Assembly (NCBI GenBank): GCA_944387895.1
Contig: CALXGQ010000009.1
Location: 16,329-80,328 of the forward strand
From: an uncultured Clostridia bacterium
GTDB lineage: Bacteria > Bacillota > Clostridia > Oscillospirales > QAKW01
DNA: 64,000 nt
Reading direction: 5' to 3'
The translations under genes and the position numbers were made by a program. The notes below the pieces were generated by a model. The model saw only the letters and a list, made by a program, of their open reading frames with translations. It had not been told where the DNA came from and did not search any database. Of the stretch, positions 25,467 through 34,347 are shown piece after piece. The stretch's first letter is position 1. Each line of letters begins with the position of its first letter.

Positions 25467-26798
25467 TTAGTTCTCTCCTCTCTCACGTATGATAAAACGA
25501 ATGGGCGCTCCGGCAAAGCCGAATGTGTCGCGGATGCGATTCTCCAGATATCTCTGGTAAGAAAAATGGAACAAATCTTTATTATTGACAAAGAAAACAA
25601 AGGTGGGCGGTTCAACCGAAGCCTGGGTCATATAATAAATTTTCAGGCGTTTCCCCTTATCGGAAGGGGGCTGAACCCGCGCCATGGCGTCGTTGAGAAC
25701 GTCGTTGAGCATTCCGGTCGAAATCCTGCGCTTGTTCTGGGCGGCTGCTTCCCGCACCGTTTCCATCAGCTGCCGCAGGCGCTGACCTTCCAGCGCGGAT
25801 ATGAACACAATGGGGGCAAACGAGATAAAAGCAAGCTCATGCCTGATATCGCCGCGGAGCCGCTCCATCGTATTCGTTTCCTTTTCGATCGCGTCCCATT
25901 TATTTACGGCGATCACCAGAGCCTTGCCCCGGTCGTTGGCATATCCGGCGATCTTGGTATCCTGCTCGGTCACGCCTTCGGCTGCGTCCAGCATGATGAC
26001 GCAGACGTCGGCGCGCTCCACCGCCATCAGCGAGCGAATGACGCTGTACTTTTCCACCGCGTCTTCGACCTTCTTCTTTTTCCGGATCCCCGCCGTATCG
26101 ATCAGAAGAAAATTTCCAAGCTCCGAAGAATAGAGGGCGTCAACGGCGTCGCGCGTTGTTCCGGGGATATCCGAAACAATGCAGCGCTCTTCCCCTAAAA
26201 GTCGATTGGTCAGAGAAGATTTACCGACGTTGGGCTTGCCCAGCAAGGCGACTTTTATCGGTTCTTCCTCCGCGTCGCCCGCCTCTTCAAAGGAAAGGTG
26301 TTCATAAACGGCGTCCAGCAGATCGCCGGTTCCGCTGCCGTGCACCGAGGAAACGGCAATCGGATCGCCCAGCCCCAGATTATAGAATTCATAAAATTCA
26401 GCCGGAGGCGCGCCCAACTGATCCACCTTGTTGACGCAGAGTACAACCGGCTTCCCGGAACGATACAGCATATTGGCAATTTCCCGGTCGTCGGCGGTAA
26501 GGCCTGTTTGAATATCCGTCAGAAAAATGATGCAGTCCGCCGTATCGACCGCCATCTCCGCCTGACGGCGCATCTGAGCCAGAATGATATCCTCCCGCAC
26601 CGGTTCGATCCCTCCGGTGTCGATCAATAAAAAAGTTTTGGCGCGCCACTCGACGTTGGCATAAATACGATCCCGGGTAACGCCCGGCGTATCCTCCACG
26701 ATCGAAAGCCTGGCGCCGGCCAGCTTATTGAAAAGGGCGCTTTTTCCGACGTTCGGCCGCCCGACGATTGCCACCACCGGCATTTTCACGATACGCAC
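25467..26798 (-). CDS. der: Ribosome biogenesis GTPase Der (EngA)
   Basis: 443 aa with two tandem G domains (GRPNVGKS and GKPNVGKS) and a KH-like C-terminus. The true start may be a few codons downstream (MPVVAIVG at 26783). Confidence 0.93.
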   Translation of the reverse strand: MRIVKMPVVAIVGRPNVGKSALFNKLAGARLSIVEDTPGVTRDRIYANVEWRAKTFLLIDTGGIEPVREDIILAQMRRQAEMAVDTADCIIFLTDIQTGLTADDREIANMLYRSGKPVVLCVNKVDQLGAPPAEFYEFYNLGLGDPIAVSSVHGSGTGDLLDAVYEHLSFEEAGDAEEEPIKVALLGKPNVGKSSLTNRLLGEERCIVSDIPGTTRDAVDALYSSELGNFLLIDTAGIRKKKKVEDAVEKYSVIRSLMAVERADVCVIMLDAAEGVTEQDTKIAGYANDRGKALVIAVNKWDAIEKETNTMERLRGDIRHELAFISFAPIVFISALEGQRLRQLMETVREAAAQNKRRISTGMLNDVLNDAMARVQPPSDKGKRLKIYYMTQASVEPPTFVFFVNNKDLFHFSYQRYLENRIRDTFGFAGAPIRFIIRERGEN

Positions 26799-28096
26799 CT
26801 CCCTATCACTTTATTCAGCAGATCGGCTCCGTCATTCGTCGAAACGGAAATCGGACGGTTCAGAGCTTTGGAAACCTGCTGCAGCGACATACTGTCCAAA
26901 AAAAGATCCTGCTCTGCCCGCAGCATACTGCTGGGGATCAGAAGCCGCTCAGGCAGCGTTCTGCCCGTGAGCTGATCCACGATATCCGTTCCAGTCACCA
27001 GCCCGGAAACGGTGATCCTCTCGCCAAAAAAATGGTTGACAATGGGATAAACCTCCGCCTCAAGACCGGTAAATTTCTGCCAGATCTTTGCCATAAGCTC
27101 CTGCATATAACCGGAGGCAAGAACGCCTGTTATGATACCGATCCTTCGGGGCAGATCGTCCCCCCGGGTTTCCTCCAACGCTTCTTCCAGCTCCTGCTGA
27201 AGGGAGCGCATCAGACCAACGCCGTTTTCCAGCTGCGGATAACCGTCGTAGAACTCTTCTTCCGGCACCGGCCGCCCTGCCATCACATAGAATTCATCGG
27301 AGGGATAGCAGCCGCGCAGGCCGTTTTTTCTTTTCTGACGCGCGCCGATCTCTTCGATCAGGTCGATCACATCCGCCGCGTCCTGCTTTTCAAAGGGCAC
27401 CAGCGGATACAGCCCCTCCCGGTGCCTGGATATCCCGACAGGAACCACGCTGGTGCTGCGCACGCAGGGCGCCAGCTCCGCCAGATCTTCCAACGTCTTT
27501 TTCAAATGCCGGCCGTCGTTGACGCCCTTGCAGAGCACGATCTGACAGTTCATCTCAATGCCCGCGTCAAAAAAGCGTTTCAGGATCTCGTTGATTTTGG
27601 CGGCGTTGGGGTTTGCCATCATCCGAACCCGGAGCTCCGGATCGGTCGTATGCACCGAGATATTGATTGGCGAAATACGCATTTTTATAATCCGCTCCAG
27701 ATCTTCCTCAGAAAGATTGGTCAGCGTAATATAATTGCCCATCAGAAAAGAAAGGCGCGCGTCGTCGTCCTTGAAATATAGGGTTTCCCGCAGCCCCTTC
27801 GGCAGCTGATCGATAAAGCAGAAAATGCACTTGTTTTTGCATCTGCGCTGGCCGTCGATCAGATAGTCCTCAAAATCCAGGCCAAGCGGTTCTTCACTTT
27901 CCTTTTCAATTTCAAAGAGGATCTCTTCGCCGTCCGCCTCTACCAGCAGGGAAAGATCGGAGGAGGCTTCATAATACATATAGTCGATCACATCCCGGAT
28001 CTCCTGCCCGTTCATGGCGATCAGCCGATCACCCGGCTTGAGTCCAAGCTCTTCTCCAATGGAATCCGGCTCAACGCCGGCAATTTTCGCCGCCAT
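26786..28096 (-). CDS. PDZ domain / radical SAM / DUF512 protein
   Basis: It has an N-terminal PDZ-like segment (GLKPGDRLIAMNG) and a CxxxCxxC cluster motif (CKNKCIFC). The ATG at 28096 follows GGAGGTG, so the ORF-track start at 28135 is rejected. Confidence 0.8.
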   Translation of the reverse strand: MAAKIAGVEPDSIGEELGLKPGDRLIAMNGQEIRDVIDYMYYEASSDLSLLVEADGEEILFEIEKESEEPLGLDFEDYLIDGQRRCKNKCIFCFIDQLPKGLRETLYFKDDDARLSFLMGNYITLTNLSEEDLERIIKMRISPINISVHTTDPELRVRMMANPNAAKINEILKRFFDAGIEMNCQIVLCKGVNDGRHLKKTLEDLAELAPCVRSTSVVPVGISRHREGLYPLVPFEKQDAADVIDLIEEIGARQKRKNGLRGCYPSDEFYVMAGRPVPEEEFYDGYPQLENGVGLMRSLQQELEEALEETRGDDLPRRIGIITGVLASGYMQELMAKIWQKFTGLEAEVYPIVNHFFGERITVSGLVTGTDIVDQLTGRTLPERLLIPSSMLRAEQDLFLDSMSLQQVSKALNRPISVSTNDGADLLNKVIGRCVS

Positions 28097-28135
28097 TCCT
28101 ACACCTCCGCTCCAACTGATCCAGCAATCCAGCAA

Positions 28136-28170
28136 TGAAGAAAAGAGAAGGCAGAAAAACCGCCTTCTCT
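28136..28170 (-). terminator. Intrinsic terminator after rpmF
   Basis: A 9-bp stem (agagaaggc/gccttctct) is followed by TTTTCTTC on the minus strand. Confidence 0.6.
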
Positions 28171-28188
28171 ATCATCGACCTCAACCGT

Positions 28189-28434
28189 TTATTCAGCGGG
28201 AGTTTCTTCCGCCTTTGCTTCTTCCTTCTTTGCAGCAGCAGCTTTTACAGCGATCTCACCGTCTTTCACAGACAGTTTGGGATTAACATAGCCGCACTCC
28301 GGGCAAGCCTTATGAGGCACCTTCAAAGCATGGCACTGCGGACATTCAACCAGCGTGGGTGCGTCCAGCTTCCAAACGCTGCTTCTTCTCTTATCTCTTC
28401 TCGCTTTAGAAACCTTTCTCTTAGGAACTGCCAT
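28189..28434 (-). CDS. rpmF: 50S ribosomal protein L32 (Zn-ribbon form, extended C-terminus)
   Basis: It starts MAVPKRKVSKARRDKRR and has CPQC...CPEC. At 81 aa it carries an A/K/E-rich tail. Confidence 0.9.
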   Translation of the reverse strand: MAVPKRKVSKARRDKRRSSVWKLDAPTLVECPQCHALKVPHKACPECGYVNPKLSVKDGEIAVKAAAAKKEEAKAEETPAE

Positions 28435-28485
28435 TTATCTTACCTCCATTTATAATACCGTAATTAAAAAATTATCGGATCCCGG

Positions 28486-28947
28486 TCAGGGATTCTCACT
28501 CTCCGATCCGCAGCCGCAATCTCCCAGATTCAGATTGCATCCACATATGGGGCAAAGCCCCTTACAATCCTCCGCACAGAGAAAACGCTCCGGAAATTCA
28601 AGTATCATTTGACTTTTCGCCTCTTCATCCGGGAAAAAATCATAATTGGGATCAATTAAAATCGTATCCTCCGTTTCCATGAGCGGATCGGTGATCATTC
28701 GGCGCTGATTTTCAATATGCAGCTTCTTATCAACCGGAGCAAGGCACCGGCTGCAGTAGCTGGTACAAGCAAAATCAATGACTGTTTCACACTGCACCAG
28801 GCCGTATTTACCGCGAATGGTAAAGGAAACAAGCGGTTCCTCTGCAAATTCGGCAAGGGAACGAAGCTCCTCGCCGACCGGCAAATGAAACTGTACCGTT
28901 TTTTCATAACGGTCTAAAATGAACGCTTCTTTTAAATTGATCTTCAT
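28486..28947 (-). CDS. yceD: YceD/DUF177 family protein (23S rRNA accumulation protein)
   Basis: It has the conserved position upstream of rpmF and a C-terminal Cys cluster (CKGLCPICGCNLN). The ATG at 28947 has a GGGAGA RBS. Confidence 0.85.
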   Translation of the reverse strand: MKINLKEAFILDRYEKTVQFHLPVGEELRSLAEFAEEPLVSFTIRGKYGLVQCETVIDFACTSYCSRCLAPVDKKLHIENQRRMITDPLMETEDTILIDPNYDFFPDEEAKSQMILEFPERFLCAEDCKGLCPICGCNLNLGDCGCGSESENP

Positions 28948-28992
28948 TGTTTCTCCCATAGATTTTAAAAGGAAAAATCAATAGCAGATAAT

Positions 28993-29021
28993 ATTATAAT
29001 GACAAAACCACCGCTTGTCAA
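28993..29021 (-). promoter_or_regulatory. Consensus SigA promoter for yceD-rpmF (TTGACA-17-TATAAT)
   Basis: Both hexamers are perfect on the minus strand. Confidence 0.65.
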
Positions 29022-29048
29022 CAAATATTTTTCCTTTTCTTCTAATTT

Positions 29049-30116
29049 TTAACGATTCGCTTTCAGCTTAACAAAGCTTTTGACGCTTCCCTTTTTGACC
29101 TTGCTGATGAATTTGCCTTCCATCAGGCATAGCGTGACGTTTTTCCATTTCAGGGGAAGCAGCATGATTTTCATGTAGAAAGAGCGGGGACGCGCCTTTT
29201 TCAGGCATGCGCGGGTGGTCGGCCGGTTCACGATCATTGCAACGTGCTCCCGCTTTTCGCGCAGGCTCAGCGTACAGGAGGAATTGGTTACATTTTCAAT
29301 GCAGCCAATCAGCCGTTCCACATAGCGGCGGGCCAAAAATTCTTCTGTTTTTGCGTCGGCCACGCCCCAATCCTCAAAAAGCACGACCAGCCAGCCGTGC
29401 TCCTCTTCCCGCTTCTCAAACATTTCCTTGCGGTAACGGGTCGTTTCGCTCTCGGATCTCTTCCGCATAAAATGATAATATGCCTTGGAAGTGACAGCTA
29501 CGCGCTCAATATCTCTGATGACGCTCAGACAAAAGGGAAAATCGTCCCAGAAGGTATTGGGAAAATAGATCCTGTTTTTTCGGATGTAATCTGCGAGAAA
29601 AAGCTTGTTCCAGGGCGTATAAAGAAGATTCTGATCGAAAAGACGATAGGCATCTTCCCGGAACGCGCGCTGGCTTTCATAAAACCGATCCTCCACCCGC
29701 TGTATCTGAACAAACTTCTTGTCCTCGGAATAATAGGAATCGATATAGTAGCCGGAAACCACCATTTCAGCTTCGTGCGCCTCGGCGAGATGATACATCT
29801 CCTCTAGCATCCCCGGCTCGGCCCAGTCGTCGGAATCCATAAAATAGAGATATTTGCCCTCCGCCCGGTCGATCGCGACATTTCTGGCGCTGGGCGCTCC
29901 GCCGTTTTCCTTATGGATCACGCGGATTCTATCGTCTTTTGCCGCATACTCGTCGCAGATGATGCCGCTGCGGTCTTTCGTTCCATCGTCGACCGCCCAA
30001 AGCTCCCAGTCCTGAAAAGTCTGTGCCTGCATACTTTCGATCGCCGCGCCAACATAATCTTCAACGCCGTAAACCGGCATAATAATACTGATCGTTTTAC
30101 GCATCGCCATTTTCAA
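29049..30116 (-). CDS. Family 2 glycosyltransferase
   Basis: 355 aa with an N-terminal GT-A fold signature (SIIMPVYGVEDYV ... DDGTKD ... DSDD). Confidence 0.85.
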   Translation of the reverse strand: MKMAMRKTISIIMPVYGVEDYVGAAIESMQAQTFQDWELWAVDDGTKDRSGIICDEYAAKDDRIRVIHKENGGAPSARNVAIDRAEGKYLYFMDSDDWAEPGMLEEMYHLAEAHEAEMVVSGYYIDSYYSEDKKFVQIQRVEDRFYESQRAFREDAYRLFDQNLLYTPWNKLFLADYIRKNRIYFPNTFWDDFPFCLSVIRDIERVAVTSKAYYHFMRKRSESETTRYRKEMFEKREEEHGWLVVLFEDWGVADAKTEEFLARRYVERLIGCIENVTNSSCTLSLREKREHVAMIVNRPTTRACLKKARPRSFYMKIMLLPLKWKNVTLCLMEGKFISKVKKGSVKSFVKLKANR

Positions 30117-31206
30117 ACGCCTCAGTTGCCATTTTCAACGCCGCCGCGATCACCTTGTCCATATCGTAATAGCAATACTGGCCAAGCCGTCCGCCGAAAA
30201 GAACCTTTTCTTCCTTTTCGGCCAACGCCTGATATTTTTTGTATAAGGCGCCGTTTTTTTCATCGTTCACCGGATAATAAGGCTCCATGCCCCTCTGCCA
30301 CGACGCGGGATACTCCCGGGTGATGACGGTTTTCGGCTGCGTTCCGTATTCAAAATGCTTATGCTCGATGATCCGCGTATACGGCGTTTCGCGATCGGTA
30401 TAATTCACAACAGCAACGCCCTGATAATTTTCCTGCTCCAGCGTTTCGGTTTCAAAGCGCAGACTGCGGTATTCCAGATTGCCATAGCAGTAATCAAAAT
30501 AAGCGTCCAGCATCCCGGTATAAAGAACTCTGTCCGCCAGGGAATTCCAGTATTCCCGCTCTTTCAAATAATCCGTATCCAGGCGGATCTCCACGCCCTC
30601 CAGCAGCTTTTCAATGATCTGGTTATACCCGCCTTCTGGGATTCCCTGATAGCGGTCGTTGAAATAATTATTGTCGTAGGTAAAGCGAACGGGCAGACGC
30701 TTAATGATAAAAGCCGGAAGCTCTCTGCAGGAGCGCCCCCACTGCTTTTCCGTATAACCGCTCACCAGCTTTTGATAAATATCCCTTCCAACCAGGCTGA
30801 TTGCCTGCTCCTCCAGGTTTTTCGGTTCCCCGGAGATCGCCGCGCGCTGCTCTTCGATTTTTGCCTTTGCTTCCTCCGGGGTGCGAACGCCCCACATTTT
30901 ATTGAAGGTATTCATATTGAAAGGCATATTATAGATTTCACCGTGATAATTGGCAATGGGTGAATTGGTATACCGGTTAAACGTCGCCAGCGCGTTTACA
31001 TAATCCCAAACCTCTTTATTGTCGGTATGAAAAATATGCGCGCCATACCGATGAACCGTAATCCCCTCTATATTTTCACAATAGACGTTCCCGCCGATAT
31101 GATTCCGCTTTTCCAGCACCAGGCAAGTTTTTCCGCGCTTCACCGCCTCGTGGGCAAAAACCGATCCAAATAACCCGCTGCCCACAATCAGATAATCATA
31201 GTGCAT
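30097..31206 (-). CDS. glf: UDP-galactopyranose mutase
   Basis: 369 aa with FAD-binding YDYLIVGSGLFG and typical Glf sequence (HRYGAHIFHT, GRLGQYCYYDMD). Confidence 0.93.
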   Translation of the reverse strand: MHYDYLIVGSGLFGSVFAHEAVKRGKTCLVLEKRNHIGGNVYCENIEGITVHRYGAHIFHTDNKEVWDYVNALATFNRYTNSPIANYHGEIYNMPFNMNTFNKMWGVRTPEEAKAKIEEQRAAISGEPKNLEEQAISLVGRDIYQKLVSGYTEKQWGRSCRELPAFIIKRLPVRFTYDNNYFNDRYQGIPEGGYNQIIEKLLEGVEIRLDTDYLKEREYWNSLADRVLYTGMLDAYFDYCYGNLEYRSLRFETETLEQENYQGVAVVNYTDRETPYTRIIEHKHFEYGTQPKTVITREYPASWQRGMEPYYPVNDEKNGALYKKYQALAEKEEKVLFGGRLGQYCYYDMDKVIAAALKMATEAFENGDA

Positions 31207-31305
31207 GCACAGAGGCTCCTTTCAGAGCGAATTGAACGAGCAATACGCTTTATTAAAAGAAAGTATACTACACAGCGCCGGGAAAAACAAGCTTTATTTT
31301 GAAAA

Positions 31306-32904
31306 TTATGCCGTTCCGGCGATCACGTCGCAGATTTTTCGGAAAACGGGAGCGCAGGTTTTTCCGCCCGATTCGCCGCCTTCCGCATAGACGGTGATGA
31401 CATATTGAGGATCCTCAGCCGGATAAAATCCGGTGAAATAAACGTTCAGTTTCTCCACGCCGTTTTCCACCACGCCGGTCTGCGCGCTGGCCGTTTTTCC
31501 GCCCGCGCCGCCGGTAGAAGGCTCCGCATTCCGGCCGGTTCCGTGCTCCACGGTGTAAATACAATATTCCTTCAGCTTTTCCGCCGTTTCTTCCGAAAGG
31601 ATTCGCGTTCCTTCCTCCTTTTGCTCCGCACTCTTCAGGCTTCCATTGAGATAGAGTCCTTTATACAGATAAATATCCGGCAGGACGCCCCCGTTTGCAA
31701 CAACGGCCGTCATCCGCGCCACCTGCACCGGCGAAGCGGTCAGCGCGCCCTGACCGATGCTTAAATTCGCCAGCGAAAGATTATTGCCTTCCTCCGGAAA
31801 GCTGCCTCCCGACGCCGCGATTGAGCCAAGGATCTCGATGGATTCTCCAAAACCGAACCGCTGCGCCATTTCGGCGATGCGTTCGTAGCCGAGGAGCTGG
31901 CCCAGCGCGATAAAATATGCGTTACAGGACTGAGCAAAGGCTTCTTTCATACCGATCTCCCCATGGCCAGTATGATCATGGCAGGCAAAGGCCCGGTCGT
32001 TGATTACGATCCCGCCGCCGCACGCATAAACAAAGTCCTCCATCCCCGCCTCCAGCGCGCAGGCCGCCACAACGATCTTAAAAACCGATCCCACCGATTG
32101 CGCGGAAAAAGCCCGGTTTACCAGCTCGCCCTCCGTCGACTCCAGATAATCGGAAATGTTGGATTCCTCGTAGGACGGCCGGGAGCTGACCGCCTTGATT
32201 GCCCCTGTTTTGCAGTCCATGATCACCGCCGCCCCCACCTGAACATATTCATCCATGGCCTGATCCAGCGCGCTGCAAAGCTTCTTATTCAACGTCAGCA
32301 CCAGTCCGTTCTCCGAAATCGACGTGTCCACCGTTTCCATCCCAAGCCCCGCTATCGCTCCGAATACAGCGTCGGCGCTGTAAGAAATGGTTACAGACGA
32401 GGAAAAAAGGCTCAGATAATCGTTGTATTCCTTTTCCACGCCGGAAAGGCCCACTTCTCCTGCGCTGTCGAGGTATCCGAGCAAATGAGCGGCCACGCCG
32501 CTATAACGCCCAACCCCTTCAAAAACGGTCACGCCGGGCAGCGCGCCGGGCTCCGTTTCACTCTGCAAAACAAATGGCGTTTCTTTTTTCAGTTTTTCCC
32601 GCAGCGTTTCCCGATCTGCGCCGCTCAGAGCGACCAGTTCGTCCAGCTGCTCTGACGAAAAATCACGCGGATTTACCACCAGATACCAGCAGGGCTGATC
32701 CCCCGCGACCGGGCTAAGCTCTTCGTCATAGATCAGCCCTTTCGTATGATACAGGGTAAGCTGCTTCGTCCGGCTGCTTATAACCGTTTCGGCACGGTAG
32801 GCATTTTCTCCCACGGAAAGCCAGAACACCCGGAATAATATGGCGGTAAGCGCCAGGATCAGCGCGAAATAAAACGCGCCGGTTCGCCGTATCATCATTT
32901 TCAA
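31306..32904 (-). CDS. Class B penicillin-binding protein (PBP2/SpoVD/FtsI-type transpeptidase, no PASTA domains)
   Basis: 532 aa with an N-terminal TM helix, a dimerisation domain, and a transpeptidase domain carrying SxxK (SVFK) and KTG-like GKTAS. Confidence 0.85.
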   Translation of the reverse strand: MKMMIRRTGAFYFALILALTAILFRVFWLSVGENAYRAETVISSRTKQLTLYHTKGLIYDEELSPVAGDQPCWYLVVNPRDFSSEQLDELVALSGADRETLREKLKKETPFVLQSETEPGALPGVTVFEGVGRYSGVAAHLLGYLDSAGEVGLSGVEKEYNDYLSLFSSSVTISYSADAVFGAIAGLGMETVDTSISENGLVLTLNKKLCSALDQAMDEYVQVGAAVIMDCKTGAIKAVSSRPSYEESNISDYLESTEGELVNRAFSAQSVGSVFKIVVAACALEAGMEDFVYACGGGIVINDRAFACHDHTGHGEIGMKEAFAQSCNAYFIALGQLLGYERIAEMAQRFGFGESIEILGSIAASGGSFPEEGNNLSLANLSIGQGALTASPVQVARMTAVVANGGVLPDIYLYKGLYLNGSLKSAEQKEEGTRILSEETAEKLKEYCIYTVEHGTGRNAEPSTGGAGGKTASAQTGVVENGVEKLNVYFTGFYPAEDPQYVITVYAEGGESGGKTCAPVFRKICDVIAGTA

Positions 32905-32945
32905 TCACCCAGGATAGTATGCGCTGTTTTTTCCGGAATTTCTCA

Positions 32946-32973
32946 TTGACATGGATTTAAAAAATGGTATAAT
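32946..32973 (+). promoter_or_regulatory. SigA promoter for dinB (TTGACA-16-TATAAT with TGn extension)
   Basis: Hexamers were read directly and tggTATAAT gives an extended -10. Confidence 0.65.
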
Positions 32974-32979
32974 TATTAT

Positions 32980-32993
32980 AGAACATTTGTTCC
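32980..32993 (+). promoter_or_regulatory. LexA (Cheo/SOS) box AGAACATTTGTTCC
   Basis: It matches the Gram-positive consensus CGAAC-N4-GTTCG in the GAAC-N4-GTTC core. It lies 6 nt downstream of the -10, immediately upstream of dinB. Confidence 0.6.
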
Positions 32994-33013
32994 GATTTGG
33001 AGGTTTCTTTTTC

Positions 33014-34264
33014 ATGGAGCGCATCATCCTTCATTCTGATTTAAACAATTTTTTTGCTTCGGTGGAAGCGGTGAAAAATCCACTTCTGCGCGGCAAAGCC
33101 TTTGCCGTGGCCGGAGATCCGGAGAAGCGCCACGGCATCATCCTTGCCAAAAATCAAATCGCTAAAAAATACGGCGTCTGCACCGGTGAAACCATCTGGA
33201 GCGCCCGGCAAAAATGCCCTTCTCTTTTTGTTGTCAAGCCGGACATGAAGGCCTATCATGATTATTCCGAGCGGGTGCGGGAGATCTACCGCCAGTTTAC
33301 GGACGAGATCGAACCATTCGGCATCGATGAAGCCTGGCTGGATATAACCGGGAGTACCCGCCTTTTCGGCTGCGGGCCGAAAATCGCCTATGAAATCCGC
33401 CGCCGGGTACGCGAAGAACTGGGCATGACGGTTTCCATCGGCGTTTCTTTCAACAAAATTTTCGCCAAGCTGGGAAGCGACTTGAAAAAACCGGACGCAA
33501 CAACCGTGATTTCAAGAGAGAATTTTAAGGAAATCGTCTATCCCCTTCCGGTGTCGAATCTTCTTTTCGTTGGCCGTTCCACCCGGGAAAAGCTGCATCA
33601 ATACGGGATCAATACGATCGGCCAGCTTGCAAAAGCCGATCCGTCGTTTTTAAAAAACCTCCTCGGAAAAACCGGTTCCGCCCTGCACCAGTACGCCACC
33701 GGTGCGGAGAGCGATTCCGCCCTGCTTTCCGAAGCGCAGGAGATAAAATCCGTCGGAAATTCCGTAACGCTTCCGCAGGATATCGCTGATCCCGGGGAAA
33801 TATGGATCCAGCTTTTAATGCTGGCGGATCATGTGGCATACCGGCTGAGAAAGCGCGGTTTATGCGGGAGCCTGATCACCCTTTTCGTGCGGGACAATAA
33901 ATTTCATTCCATCAGCCGTCAGCGCCCGGTTTGCGTTGCCACCAGCAGCGCCATGGAAATCGCCCGCACCGCTTTTTCCCTGTTTCAGGATCATTACGAT
34001 CTTTCCAATCCGGTGCGCTGCATCGGGGTGAGCGTGGCAAAGCTGCAACCCAACGATGGAAATTTTCAGCTTTGCCTATGGGACTCCCATGAAAATCGGA
34101 TACTGGAGGAGCAGCTGGATCAGGCGATCGATCATCTGCGCAGCCGCTATGGCGGCAGTTGCGTGGTGCGCGCCGGATATATGCACCAGAAACTGAAAAA
34201 CTACACCATTTCCGGCGATCCGGGCTCCCCTTCCCTCTGCACCCTCCCCGGTTGCCACAAATAA
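33014..34264 (+). CDS. dinB: DNA polymerase IV (Y-family)
   Basis: It starts MERIILHSDLNNFFASVE and has IDEAWLD. The ATG at 33014 follows GGAGG, so the ORF-track start at 32951 is rejected because it overlaps the promoter. Confidence 0.9.
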   Translation: MERIILHSDLNNFFASVEAVKNPLLRGKAFAVAGDPEKRHGIILAKNQIAKKYGVCTGETIWSARQKCPSLFVVKPDMKAYHDYSERVREIYRQFTDEIEPFGIDEAWLDITGSTRLFGCGPKIAYEIRRRVREELGMTVSIGVSFNKIFAKLGSDLKKPDATTVISRENFKEIVYPLPVSNLLFVGRSTREKLHQYGINTIGQLAKADPSFLKNLLGKTGSALHQYATGAESDSALLSEAQEIKSVGNSVTLPQDIADPGEIWIQLLMLADHVAYRLRKRGLCGSLITLFVRDNKFHSISRQRPVCVATSSAMEIARTAFSLFQDHYDLSNPVRCIGVSVAKLQPNDGNFQLCLWDSHENRILEEQLDQAIDHLRSRYGGSCVVRAGYMHQKLKNYTISGDPGSPSLCTLPGCHK

Positions 34265-34314
34265 ATCAAAGAGCCAAAATACGATATGAAAAATCGTTGC
34301 CGGAACAGCTGAGC

Positions 34315-34347
34315 GGCGGAGAGCGTTGACGCTCTCCGCCGTTTTTT
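34315..34347 (+). terminator. Intrinsic terminator after dinB
   Basis: An 11-bp stem (ggcggagagcg/cgctctccgcc) has a 4-nt loop and a T6 run. Confidence 0.75.
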
